A stretch of 64,000 bases of DNA, taken from contig DATLFG010000105.1 of NCBI GenBank assembly GCA_035524955.1, positions 7,093-71,092 on the forward strand, read 5' to 3'. This document shows positions 11,662-19,762 of this stretch, one piece after another (positions within the stretch are counted from its first letter, which is position 1; every line of letters begins with the position of its first letter). The stretch comes from Candidatus Limnocylindria bacterium (lineage in GTDB: Bacteria; Methylomirabilota; Methylomirabilia; Rokubacteriales; CSP1-6). A program made the position numbers and the translations under genes. The notes under the pieces are model-generated. The model was not told where the DNA came from and did no database searches. It worked only from the letters and a program-made list of their open reading frames with translations.

Positions 11662-12810
11662 ATGCGGGTCGGGCTGTTCACCAACAACTACCTGCCGTTT
11701 CGTGGCGGGGTCGCGACGGCCGTCGAGACCCTGCGGCGGGGGCTCGAGGCGCTCGGGCACCGGACCTGGATCTTCGCGCCGGCCGCCCGCCCGCCGCACG
11801 CCGACCCGCCGTACGTGTTCCGCTACCCGTCGATTCCCGCGCCGACCTATCCCGGCTTCTCGCTGCCGCTGCCCATCTCGCGTCGCCTCGGGCGGGTCGC
11901 CCGCGCGCTCGACCTCGACGTCATTCACGTCCATCATCCGTTCCTGCTCGGTCTGGCCGGCCGGCGCCTCGCGCGGAGCCAGCGGCGCCCGCTCGTCTTC
12001 ACGTATCACACGCACTACGAGAAGTACGCGCACTACGTGCCGCTGCCGCCGCGGCTGGTGCGGAGCCTTGCGGTGCGCCTGGCCTCCCGCTTCGCCGATT
12101 CCGCCGACCTGGTCGTGGCCCCGTCCGAGCACGTGGCCGAGACCCTGCGCCGGCGGGGCGTGCGCACGCCGGTCGCGATGATCCCCACCGGCGTGGACCT
12201 CGAGCTCTTCAGCCCGGCCAGCCGGGAGCGCGCCCGCCATCGCCTCGGCCTGCCCGCCGACGGGGTGATCTGCCTCTACACCGGCCGGCTCGACCGCGAG
12301 AAGAGCCTCGAGCGGGTGCTCGACGCCTTCGAGTCGGTGGCGGCCGCGGTGTCGACCGCCACGCTGCACCTGGTGGGCAAGGGCAGCCACGGCCCGGTGC
12401 TCGAGCGGCGCGCGGCCGCGAGCCGGGCGCGGCGCCGGATCGTCTTCCACGGCGGGCTCCCGCCCGAGGCGCTCCCCGACTACTATCGCGCCGCCGACCT
12501 GTTCCTCTTCGCGTCCGAGACGGAGACGCAGGGGCTGGTGCTGGCGGAGGCCCACGCCTGCGGGCTTCCCGCGGTGGCGGTGCGCGCCCCGGGGGTGGAC
12601 GAGGTGGTAACCGACGGCGAGACCGGGATCCTCACCAAGGCGGAGACCAGCGAGATGGCCGACGCGGCCATCGGGCTCCTGCTGGACGCCGGCCGGCGCG
12701 CGAGCATGGGCCGGGCGGCGCGCCGCCTCGTGGAAGCGCGCTTCGCGGCGCCCCGACAGACCGCGGCCATGGTCGCGCAGTACGAAGCCCTGCTGGCGCG
12801 GCGGCCCTGA
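11662..12810 (+). CDS. glycosyltransferase family 4 (GT-B, group 1)
   Basis: The N-terminus MRVGLFTNNYLPFRGGVA and a C-terminal EtoG motif (FASETETQGLVLAEAHACGLPAVA) are present. Its stop overlaps the next ATG (TGATGG). Confidence 0.8.
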   Translation: MRVGLFTNNYLPFRGGVATAVETLRRGLEALGHRTWIFAPAARPPHADPPYVFRYPSIPAPTYPGFSLPLPISRRLGRVARALDLDVIHVHHPFLLGLAGRRLARSQRRPLVFTYHTHYEKYAHYVPLPPRLVRSLAVRLASRFADSADLVVAPSEHVAETLRRRGVRTPVAMIPTGVDLELFSPASRERARHRLGLPADGVICLYTGRLDREKSLERVLDAFESVAAAVSTATLHLVGKGSHGPVLERRAAASRARRRIVFHGGLPPEALPDYYRAADLFLFASETETQGLVLAEAHACGLPAVAVRAPGVDEVVTDGETGILTKAETSEMADAAIGLLLDAGRRASMGRAARRLVEARFAAPRQTAAMVAQYEALLARRP

Positions 12811-13079
12811 TGGCGATCCCGTCGCCCGGCCGGAGCCTGCGGGTGGGATTCCAGACCGAATGGGATCCCCACAGCGCCGGGCCCGGCCGCCAGGGGCTGC
12901 TCTCCTGGGATCCCCGCGTGCGCACGCTGCTGCGGGTGCTCGTGTCCTATCCGGAGGTGCGCTACGTCCTGCCCGACCGCATCAGTCTCGAGCCCGCCGC
13001 CGATCCGCGCACGCTCGAGACCATGGCCCGCTTCCTCGAGCGGCAAGGCTGGCTGGTGCGGCGGGTGGCGGTGAGCTGA
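12810..13079 (+). CDS. hypothetical small protein (89 aa), translationally coupled to neighbours
   Basis: The ATG overlaps the GT4 stop (ATGA), and the ORF ends 4 nt before the next ATG. There is no recognisable domain. It was found only as an in-frame M at the 3' end of a longer artifact ORF. Confidence 0.3.
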   Translation: MAIPSPGRSLRVGFQTEWDPHSAGPGRQGLLSWDPRVRTLLRVLVSYPEVRYVLPDRISLEPAADPRTLETMARFLERQGWLVRRVAVS

Positions 13080-13082
13080 GGG

Positions 13083-14393
13083 ATGATCTGGAACCGCGAC
13101 GCCGAGACGGCCCCGCGCTCCGCGATGCGGGCGCTCCAGGACGACCGGCTGCGGGCGAGCGTGGCCTGGGCCCGCGCGCGCGTGCCCTTCTATCGCGACG
13201 CGCTCGCCGCCGCCGGGGTTCGGGACGACGCGGTGACGCTGGATCGCCTCGCGGAGCTTCCCTTCACGGTGAAGGACCACCTGCGCCAGCACTACCCGTT
13301 CGGGCTCTTCGCGGTGCCGCGCGAGTCGGTAGTCCGCATCCACGCCTCTTCCGGCACCCGGGGGAAGCCCACGGTGGTGGGCTACACGCGCAACGACCTC
13401 CGCGTGTGGCGGGAAGTGATGGCGCGGTCGCTGGCCGCCGCCGGGGCGGAGCCCGGCCAGCTCATCCAGATCGCCTACGGCTACGGCCTCTTTACCGGGG
13501 GCCTGGGCTTCCACGACGGCGCCGAGCACCTGGGCCTCACCGTGGTGCCGGTCTCCTCGGGCAGCACGCACCGCCAGATCCTGCTGCTCCAGGACTTCCG
13601 CCCGCAGGGCCTGGCGTGCACCCCGTCCTTCGCCCTCCACATCGGCGAGAGCCTGCGGGAGCAGGGAAGCGATCCCCGGGCGCTGGGTGTCTGCTACGGC
13701 CTCTTCGGCGCCGAGCCGTGGACGGAGGCGATGCGCGCGCAGCTCGAGGCGCTCTGGGGCTGCCCGGCGGTGGATTTCTACGGGCTCAGCGAGATCATCG
13801 GGCCCGGGGTGGCGGGCGAGTGCGCGGAGGCCCGCGAGGGCCTGCACGTCAACGAGGACCACTTCCTGCCCGAGATCGTTGACCCGCGGAGCGGGGCGCC
13901 GTTGCCCTGCGGGCAGGAGGGCGAGCTCGTGCTGACCTCGCTCACCAAGGAAGCCCTCCCGATGATCCGCTATCGCACCGGCGACGTCACCCACCTCGAT
14001 CCCGCGCCCTGCCGCTGCGGGCGGACCACGGTGCGGATGGGGCGCATCAAGGGACGCACCGACGATATGCTGATCATCAAGGGGGTCAACGTGTATCCCT
14101 CCCAGCTCGAGGCGGCGCTCCTGACGGTGGCGGACCTGGCGCCGCACTACCAGCTGGTGGTGGACCGGCGGGAGGCCTTCCCGACACTGGCGGTGCACGT
14201 GGAGCCGGACGAGCGCGTGGTGCGCGAGTGGGGTGGCTTCGAGGCCGCGCCCACCCGGCTCGCCGCACTGTCCGCCCGGGTGGCCGCGTGCCTGCGGGGC
14301 CACCTCGGGCTCAATCCGGAGGTCGCGGTCGTGGCGCCGAAGACCATCCCGCGCAGCGAAGGCAAGGCGGTGCGGGTCGTGGAAAGGAGATAG
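13083..14393 (+). CDS. phenylacetate-CoA ligase (PaaK/CapK/F390-synthetase) family adenylate-forming enzyme
   Basis: A 436-aa protein showing the PaaK-family layout: SSGTRGKPTVV P-loop equivalent, GYGLFTGGLG, YGLSEIIGPGVAGEC, and the C-terminal LIIKGVNVYPSQLEAAL. Confidence 0.8.
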   Translation: MIWNRDAETAPRSAMRALQDDRLRASVAWARARVPFYRDALAAAGVRDDAVTLDRLAELPFTVKDHLRQHYPFGLFAVPRESVVRIHASSGTRGKPTVVGYTRNDLRVWREVMARSLAAAGAEPGQLIQIAYGYGLFTGGLGFHDGAEHLGLTVVPVSSGSTHRQILLLQDFRPQGLACTPSFALHIGESLREQGSDPRALGVCYGLFGAEPWTEAMRAQLEALWGCPAVDFYGLSEIIGPGVAGECAEAREGLHVNEDHFLPEIVDPRSGAPLPCGQEGELVLTSLTKEALPMIRYRTGDVTHLDPAPCRCGRTTVRMGRIKGRTDDMLIIKGVNVYPSQLEAALLTVADLAPHYQLVVDRREAFPTLAVHVEPDERVVREWGGFEAAPTRLAALSARVAACLRGHLGLNPEVAVVAPKTIPRSEGKAVRVVERR

Positions 14394-14395
14394 GC

Positions 14396-15220
14396 ATGGC
14401 GAAGCGTGACGAAGCCCGGCTGCTGGCCCGCATCGAGGCGGGCGAGCGCATCGAGTCCCCGGACGAGATGACGGAGGCGTACCGCGAGAACCTCATCCAC
14501 CTCATGACCATGCAGGCCGACTCGGAGCTGGCGGGCGGCTACGGCTACGTGCCGTGGATCGCGAAGGCACCCGGGGTGGAGGAGAAGCACGTGGTGGCCC
14601 AGATCGTGAAGGACGAGCTCCGCCACGCCACCGTCATGTACGGGCTCCTCGCCGACCTGGGCGTTGACGTGGAGGCGCACGTGCGGGCGCACGACGAGGC
14701 GTTCACGATGCGGGTGGCCGACGACGCCGACATCGGCACCGCCCGCATCACCGCCGACAAGCGGGTGAACATCTTCTACTACCCGATCGACACCTGGGCC
14801 GACTTCATCTTCTTCAACTTCTGCATGGACCGCGGCGCGGGTCACCAGCTCGAGGACGTGCGCACCTGCTCCTACGGGCCCTGGGTGCGCGCGATCGAGG
14901 GCATCTTCAAGGAGGAGAAGTTTCACATCCGCCACGGCGAGGTCTGGGTGAAGCGCCTCGCCGAGGATCCCAAGACCCGCGACGAGGCGCAGACCACGCT
15001 GAACAAGTGGTACATCCGCACCATGAACATCTTCGGACGCCCGGGCTCGGCCAAGAACGTCCTCTACCGGAAGTACCGGCTCAAGCTGCGCGACAACGAC
15101 GAGGTCCGTCAGACCTTCGCGCGAGAGGTCGCGGAGAAGGCGGGCGGGGTCGGGCTCACGCTGCCCGAGTGGAACCCGGTCTGGGACCGCCTGCCCGAAG
15201 AGGCGCAGATCCCCGGGTGA
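14396..15220 (+). CDS. PaaA-like ferritin-fold di-iron protein (1,2-phenylacetyl-CoA epoxidase subunit A homolog), orphan
   Basis: Shows colinear similarity to E. coli PaaA. EAYRENLIHLMTMQADSELAG matches DAYRKTLIRQIGQHAHSEIVG, FYYPIDTWAD matches FNYPTLSWAD, and RTCSYGPWVRAIEGIFKEEKFHIRHG matches [25 protein letters not shown]. ExxH di-iron ligands are present. No paaB, paaC, paaD or paaE genes are adjacent. Confidence 0.7.
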   Translation: MAKRDEARLLARIEAGERIESPDEMTEAYRENLIHLMTMQADSELAGGYGYVPWIAKAPGVEEKHVVAQIVKDELRHATVMYGLLADLGVDVEAHVRAHDEAFTMRVADDADIGTARITADKRVNIFYYPIDTWADFIFFNFCMDRGAGHQLEDVRTCSYGPWVRAIEGIFKEEKFHIRHGEVWVKRLAEDPKTRDEAQTTLNKWYIRTMNIFGRPGSAKNVLYRKYRLKLRDNDEVRQTFAREVAEKAGGVGLTLPEWNPVWDRLPEEAQIPG

Positions 15221-15870
15221 GCGCGCTCCGCGTCGTCTTGCTGGCGCTGCTCGCGCTGGCTGCCGTCGCGCCTGTCGCGGCACAGAGCGGCCGCCAGGTG
15301 AAGGTGCTGCTGGAGCTCACGCAGCAGACCCAGGGCGCCCGTCAGGGCGTGCAGGGACAGGGGGGCATCGTCGTGGAGGAGCGCCGCGGAGCCCCCCGGG
15401 CGCGCGGGCGGGGCGGCCTTGCGGTGGAGGACACCACCACCCGCGTCACGCGATCCTCCGGGCTCTTCACGGTGGTGCAAGACGGCGGGGCCGGCTCGAT
15501 CCTGGTCGCGCAGGACGTCCCGTACCGGCAGATGGCCTACTACCACGACTACGCCACCGGCAAGGGCCACGTCGCTCAGGGCGTCGCGTGGCAGCGGGTG
15601 GGTACCGCGCTCGCAGTGCGCCCGGTGATCCTGCCCGGCAACCGCATCCGGGTCACGCTGACGCCGGTGATCAGTTACTTCACGCCCGGCGGCGGGGGAA
15701 CGATCGAGGTGGTGGAGGCGGCGGCCGACCTGATCGTGCCCAACGGTGGACGCCTGCAGATCGGCGGCAGCACCGGGAGCCTCCACGCGATCACGCGGCA
15801 GATCCTCGGCTACCGCTCCGAGCAATCGTCGGAGGAGACGGCCCTGACGCTCACCGCGACCATCCAGTGA
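15217..15870 (+). CDS. hypothetical secreted protein (signal peptide)
   Basis: The GTG start overlaps the upstream TGA (GTGA). The N-terminus LRVVLLALLALAAVAPVAAQS is a Sec signal, and the mature part is Gly/Thr/Val-rich. Confidence 0.5.
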   Translation: MSALRVVLLALLALAAVAPVAAQSGRQVKVLLELTQQTQGARQGVQGQGGIVVEERRGAPRARGRGGLAVEDTTTRVTRSSGLFTVVQDGGAGSILVAQDVPYRQMAYYHDYATGKGHVAQGVAWQRVGTALAVRPVILPGNRIRVTLTPVISYFTPGGGGTIEVVEAAADLIVPNGGRLQIGGSTGSLHAITRQILGYRSEQSSEETALTLTATIQ

Positions 15871-16574
15871 CCCGCTACGGCGGCAACCGCGCCTACAGCT
15901 GCGCCAACAGCATGTACATGGCGCTGCGCGAGTCGGGCGCCACCGCCGCGGAGCTGCCCGAGCCGGGCTTCATCGAGTGCCTGACCACGATGCCCTTCGG
16001 CACGCTCTACCTGCGGGTCGGACGCGATCTGCTCGTCTATTTCAGCTCGCCGCTCGCCTCCCCGGACCAGGGGATCACCACCGCGCTCGACGTCCTCGGC
16101 TGGGAGTGCCGGGAGGAGCGCGACGGCGCACCCGAGGCCGCGCTGGCCCGGCTTGCCGAGGCGGCCGGGCGTGGGCCGGTCCTGGCGGGGCCGCTCGACA
16201 TGGGTGGGCTCGGCTACATGCCACATCATGCCCAGCTCTCGGGCAGCGATCACTTCGTGGTGGTGCTGGGCGTCGAGAACGACCGGGTGCGCATGCACGA
16301 CCCCGACGGCTATCCGTACGCGGTCCTGCCCACCGCGGAGTTCCTGCGCGCCTGGAAGGCCGACCGCGTGCGCTCCGCTCAGGTCCCGTACACGATGCGC
16401 ACGGGTTTCCAGCAGGGGCGCGTGGCGGCCGCCGGCCTCCTCGAGCGCAAGGCGCGCTGCTTCGGGGAGGCGCAGTACGCCGCGGTGCAGGAGCGGTGGG
16501 AGGACACCGCCGGGTTGCTCGAGTGCATCGCCGACCTCGAGGACGCCCTGATCCACGCGCTGAGCCCGGCGTGA
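15867..16574 (+). CDS. hypothetical protein, possibly BtrH-N/C39-like cysteine peptidase fold
   Basis: The GTG start overlaps the upstream TGA. An N-terminal Cys sits in CANSMYMALRESG, and conserved His and Asp lie later (VRMHDPDGYPY). The fold assignment is tentative. Confidence 0.45.
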   Translation: MTRYGGNRAYSCANSMYMALRESGATAAELPEPGFIECLTTMPFGTLYLRVGRDLLVYFSSPLASPDQGITTALDVLGWECREERDGAPEAALARLAEAAGRGPVLAGPLDMGGLGYMPHHAQLSGSDHFVVVLGVENDRVRMHDPDGYPYAVLPTAEFLRAWKADRVRSAQVPYTMRTGFQQGRVAAAGLLERKARCFGEAQYAAVQERWEDTAGLLECIADLEDALIHALSPA

Positions 16575-16586
16575 GGCCCGGGCTCA
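16563..16586. terminator. GC-rich hairpin between convergent genes (possible bidirectional terminator)
   Basis: GAGCCCGG-cgtgaggc-CCGGGCTC forms a perfect 8-bp stem with an 8-nt loop. It lies exactly between the + gene ending at 16574 and the - gene ending at 16584. No U-tract is present, which is common in high-GC genomes. Confidence 0.35.
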
Positions 16587-16955
16587 GCGTCCGGCCGTGA
16601 AGTAGCGCTCCGGTAGTACATCCTCGACCCGCAGTAACAACGCCTTCCGGACGACGGCCTCGCGGAGCGGGACCAGGGCGACCATCTCCGGGTCGTGCCG
16701 GACGGCGTCCAGGCCGTCCCGCGTGTCGAACCGCAGGAGATGGATCTCGTCCGGGGCGTCGGGGTTGGGGCCGCCGGAGGCGGCCAGAGACGGGATGAGG
16801 ATGCGCTCGAACCGTCCGCCGTGCCGACGGTAGACGGGCAGGGCCAGGATCTCGTATCGGCGGAGGGCTTCGGTCTGGCCGGGGTGGAGATAGATCAGCG
16901 CCAGGTAGAGCGTTCCGTCGGTCACGAGGGCCGGATTGTACTTAACATAATGTAC
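16584..16955 (-). CDS. DUF1330-like small protein
   Basis: YLALIYLHPGQTEALRRYE...HGGRFERIL...DEIHLLRFDTRDGLDAVRHDPEMVALVPLR resembles the DUF1330 dimeric alpha/beta-barrel layout. The true start is uncertain: the ORF extends to 17012, and a GTG at about 16955 was chosen. Confidence 0.4.
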   Translation of the reverse strand, partial: VHYVKYNPALVTDGTLYLALIYLHPGQTEALRRYEILALPVYRRHGGRFERILIPSLAASGGPNPDAPDEIHLLRFDTRDGLDAVRHDPEMVALVPLREAVVRKALLLRVEDVLPERYFTAGR

Positions 16956-16992
16956 CTTATCGGACTGTAACGGGGGTCGCCAGGGGCGGGCC

Positions 16993-17577
16993 CTACTTCG
17001 CGACCGGCTCAAGCGCGCCGATACGGCTCCGGACGTCGTCGGCCCGCCGGGTCTCGGGGGCCTCCTCGAGCAGACGCTCGTAGGTCGCGCGCGCCTCGGC
17101 GGGTTTGCCGGCCAGCGCCTGCGCCCGGGCCAGATCGAGCAGCGCCTCCTCGAAGAAGAACTGCTTCGGGCCGAGCCCGCCCACGGCCGCCTCGTAGGCG
17201 GTCACCGCGCTGGCGTAGTTCTTCTGAGCCTCCCACGTATAGCCCACGCCCGAGGCGCTCAGCGTGCGCAGGCTGCCGCCGGCGCCCTTGGCGAGCGCGA
17301 TCTCATAGGCAGCGCGCGCCGCCGCGTAGTCGCCGGCCTGGTACTGCAGATTGCCCAGCTGGTAGGCGGCCTGGGCGGCCGCCGTCGAGCGGCCGTGCTC
17401 GGCCAGGATGGCCTGGAGCATCGCGATGGCCTTCTGCCGCGCCTCCGGTGTGGCCAGGGGCCCCTCGCCCTGCTGGACCGCCTCGGCGGCGCCGGCCAGC
17501 GCGGCCTGGCCGCGCGACTCTCCGACGCGCATCCAGAGCCAGCCCGCCGTCCCCACGAGGCCAAGGGCCACCACCAC
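16993..17577 (-). CDS. membrane-anchored tetratricopeptide-repeat protein
   Basis: One N-terminal TM helix (VVALGLVGTAGWLW) is followed by TPR-like Ala/Tyr-rich repeats (AAYQLGNLQYQAGDYAAARAAYEIALAK...). The gene starts about 60 nt downstream of the bactofilin stop. Confidence 0.6.
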   Translation of the reverse strand: MVVALGLVGTAGWLWMRVGESRGQAALAGAAEAVQQGEGPLATPEARQKAIAMLQAILAEHGRSTAAAQAAYQLGNLQYQAGDYAAARAAYEIALAKGAGGSLRTLSASGVGYTWEAQKNYASAVTAYEAAVGGLGPKQFFFEEALLDLARAQALAGKPAEARATYERLLEEAPETRRADDVRSRIGALEPVAK

Positions 17578-17636
17578 GCCGGCGATCTTGAGCCCCAGGC
17601 GCGCCCAGCGGGACTGGAAGAACTCCCCCAGCTCGT

Positions 17637-18083
17637 TCAGCGGCGCCGCTCCGTCGCGGGGTCGGCGGCGTCGGGCCGCTCGATCCAGATCTCGCCCTTG
17701 ACGGCGGCGCCGTCGGCGGCCGAGAAGCTGCCGGTCTTGAGGGTGCCGGTCAGCACACCGGTCGGCAGGATCTCCACGCGGGTCGCCGCCGAGAGATTGC
17801 CGCGCACGGTGCCGCCCACGACGATGGTGCGCGCATTGATGTTGGCGTCCACATCGGCCCCTTCGCCCACCAGCACCCGGCCCGTCACGTTGATGTCGCC
17901 CTCGAAGCGCCCCGCGATGTGGAAGTCCCCGTCACCCCCGAGCTCACCCTTGAAGGACAGCCCCGCGCCGAGGCCGGCCGGCTCGCTGCGGGCCTCGCGG
18001 TGGGCGGCCAGATCGGCGGCCAGAGAATCCGAGTCGTCGCCGCCGAGCCCCAGATACCGGAGGGTGCGGCCCAGCGCGCCCAC
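17637..18083 (-). CDS. bactofilin family cytoskeletal protein
   Basis: The bactofilin (DUF583) beta-helical repeat is clear: FHIAGRFEGDINVTGRVLVGEGADVDANINARTIVVGGTVRGNLSAATRVEILPTGVLTGTL. Confidence 0.85.
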   Translation of the reverse strand: MGALGRTLRYLGLGGDDSDSLAADLAAHREARSEPAGLGAGLSFKGELGGDGDFHIAGRFEGDINVTGRVLVGEGADVDANINARTIVVGGTVRGNLSAATRVEILPTGVLTGTLKTGSFSAADGAAVKGEIWIERPDAADPATERRR

Positions 18084-18094
18084 GCGCTCCGTCT

Positions 18095-18379
18095 CTAGAC
18101 GCCCGGGGTCGGCCGCCGGGCGTCCGCCCGCGCGGCCTCCAGGCGCCGCAGGCCGAGACCGGAGCCCACGAGCAGCAGGCAGGAGCCGATGAGCAAGAGC
18201 GACACCACGGGAGCCGGCGCGACTACGGGGTGCTTGACGAGCCCGATCCGCACCTCGACGGGCAGGCTGACCAGGGCCACCACCGCGACGAGCCCGGTGA
18301 TCGCGCTCGCCCGTCCTTTCAGCGCCCGCCGGACCCGTCGCATGGCGCGTAGTGTAGCCACCGGGATACCGGATAGCAA
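18095..18379 (-). CDS. hypothetical small membrane protein (94 aa)
   Basis: Two predicted TM helices (ITGLVAVVALVSLPV; VVSLLLIGSCLLLVGSGLGL). It ends 12 nt upstream of the bactofilin start, so the two may form an operon. Confidence 0.3.
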   Translation of the reverse strand: MLSGIPVATLRAMRRVRRALKGRASAITGLVAVVALVSLPVEVRIGLVKHPVVAPAPVVSLLLIGSCLLLVGSGLGLRRLEAARADARRPTPGV

Positions 18380-18622
18380 CCGGAACGAGGCGGCGATCGC
18401 TTGACGGAAGGCCGTCGCAGGACTACGCTCCGAGCGCTATGCCCGACACCGGCCGGCGCGCCCGCCTGCTGCACGTGGCCATCTGGCTGGCCACGCTCTT
18501 CTTCACCGCCATGCTCTTCGTGCCGCTGGTGCGCGAGGCACTGCGCCGCATGACCGAGCTCCCGTCCGGCGGGCCTTTCTGATGCTCGGGCTGATGCCCG
18601 CGCCCACCCCCGCCTTGCGGGG

Positions 18623-18838
18623 CTAGCCGGTCGTGTCGTCCGGGACGCGCGCCTTGGGGCGGGAGCCCTGCCCGTCGCGCGGGCGAGTGAGCTCGAAGGC
18701 CATGAGCCCCACCGTGATCACGAGGATGATCCAGCCCGCCACGTCGAGATTGACGATGAGCCACCCGATCAGACTGAGCGCGGCCAGGAGCCACACGGTG
18801 GCGACGGAGCGCGAGCTGGGCCAGGGCATCGGGGCCAA
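18623..18838 (-). CDS. hypothetical small membrane protein (71 aa)
   Basis: Two TM helices (VATVWLLAALSLIGWLIV; GWIILVITVGLMAFEL) directly downstream of the ATPase gene. It overlaps a rejected 242-aa artifact ORF. Confidence 0.3.
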   Translation of the reverse strand: MAPMPWPSSRSVATVWLLAALSLIGWLIVNLDVAGWIILVITVGLMAFELTRPRDGQGSRPKARVPDDTTG

Positions 18839-18885
18839 TTATCCGGGCCGGGGGCGCGCAAGTCAAACCCCCGCGGCGCGGGCGC

Positions 18886-19725
18886 TCAGAGCCGGCGCAG
18901 AAAGCTGTCCGGATCGTCGAGGAAGGCGCGCGTGATGCGCACGTGCTCGACATCGGCGTACGCGACCGGCGCGATCGCGCCGTCCTCGAGCAGCCGGATG
19001 TCGGCCTGGGGGAGCGCCATGAGGATCGGGGAATGCGTGGCGATGACGAACTGGCAGTCCTCGGCCACCCGATCCCGCAGGAGGGCGAGCAGCGCGAGCA
19101 CGCGCGTCGGCGACAGCGGCGTCTCGGGCTCGTCGAGGAAGTAGAGCCCACGCGGCACCAGCCGCTGCTGGAGCACGTGGAGAAAGGTCTCGCCGTGGGA
19201 GCGCGCGTCGGGTGCCGCGCCGTAGCGACGCGTCAGCGCGGCCCGCTCCTTGGCCGCCGCGCCCATCGCGAGCCGCTGGCCCCACGAGCCCTCGGGCCGG
19301 GATGCGCGGAGCTCGTCCTCCATCGCCCGTAGCCCCTCGATCGCCCCGCCCACCCGCAGGGTGAAGCCGAAGACGTCCTCCGCGCGCATGAAGAGGGTGG
19401 CGCGCGGATGGCGGACCCGCGGGAACCGGAAGGCTCGGGCGAAGGCCCGGGCGCCCGCGAGGGTGGGATCGCGCTCCAGATCGCGGCCCCCCGCCGCGAC
19501 GGCGCCGGCGCCCGCGGCGAGGCCCTCCAGCAGGGTGGATTTGCCGCAGCCGTTCTCCCCGACCAGGAAGGTGACGGGCGCCCGGAAGTCCAGGCGCTCG
19601 AGGTCACGGAAGAGCGGCAGTGTGAACGGAAACGGCGCGGGCTCCCGCGGGGCGCCAGCGCGCCGGATCCCGGTCAGGAAGAGCCCGGCCCGCGCCGCGG
19701 CCTTGCCGGAGCCCGCCCGCTTCAC
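18886..19725 (-). CDS. AAA_21/ABC-like ATP-binding protein
   Basis: Walker A is GENGCGKSTLLEGL; Walker B/D-loop is LYFLDEPETPLSP; the H-loop is VIATHSP. There is no transmembrane partner fusion. Confidence 0.7.
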   Translation of the reverse strand: MKRAGSGKAAARAGLFLTGIRRAGAPREPAPFPFTLPLFRDLERLDFRAPVTFLVGENGCGKSTLLEGLAAGAGAVAAGGRDLERDPTLAGARAFARAFRFPRVRHPRATLFMRAEDVFGFTLRVGGAIEGLRAMEDELRASRPEGSWGQRLAMGAAAKERAALTRRYGAAPDARSHGETFLHVLQQRLVPRGLYFLDEPETPLSPTRVLALLALLRDRVAEDCQFVIATHSPILMALPQADIRLLEDGAIAPVAYADVEHVRITRAFLDDPDSFLRRL

Positions 19726-19762
19726 GCGGAGCTCAAAGGAATCGACGGAGGCTAGACGGAGG

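Noticed and set aside
10855-14303. 566-aa and 606-aa minus-strand ORFs, and the 498-aa + ORF at 11583..13079
   Set aside because: They overlap the miaB, GT4 and PaaK-like genes in the wrong frame or strand. Only the 3'-terminal in-frame segment 12810..13079 was kept, as a tentative small gene.
18423-19151. 242-aa minus-strand ORF
   Set aside because: It is an alternate frame of the AAA_21 ATPase gene and is Ser/Arg/Pro-rich junk.
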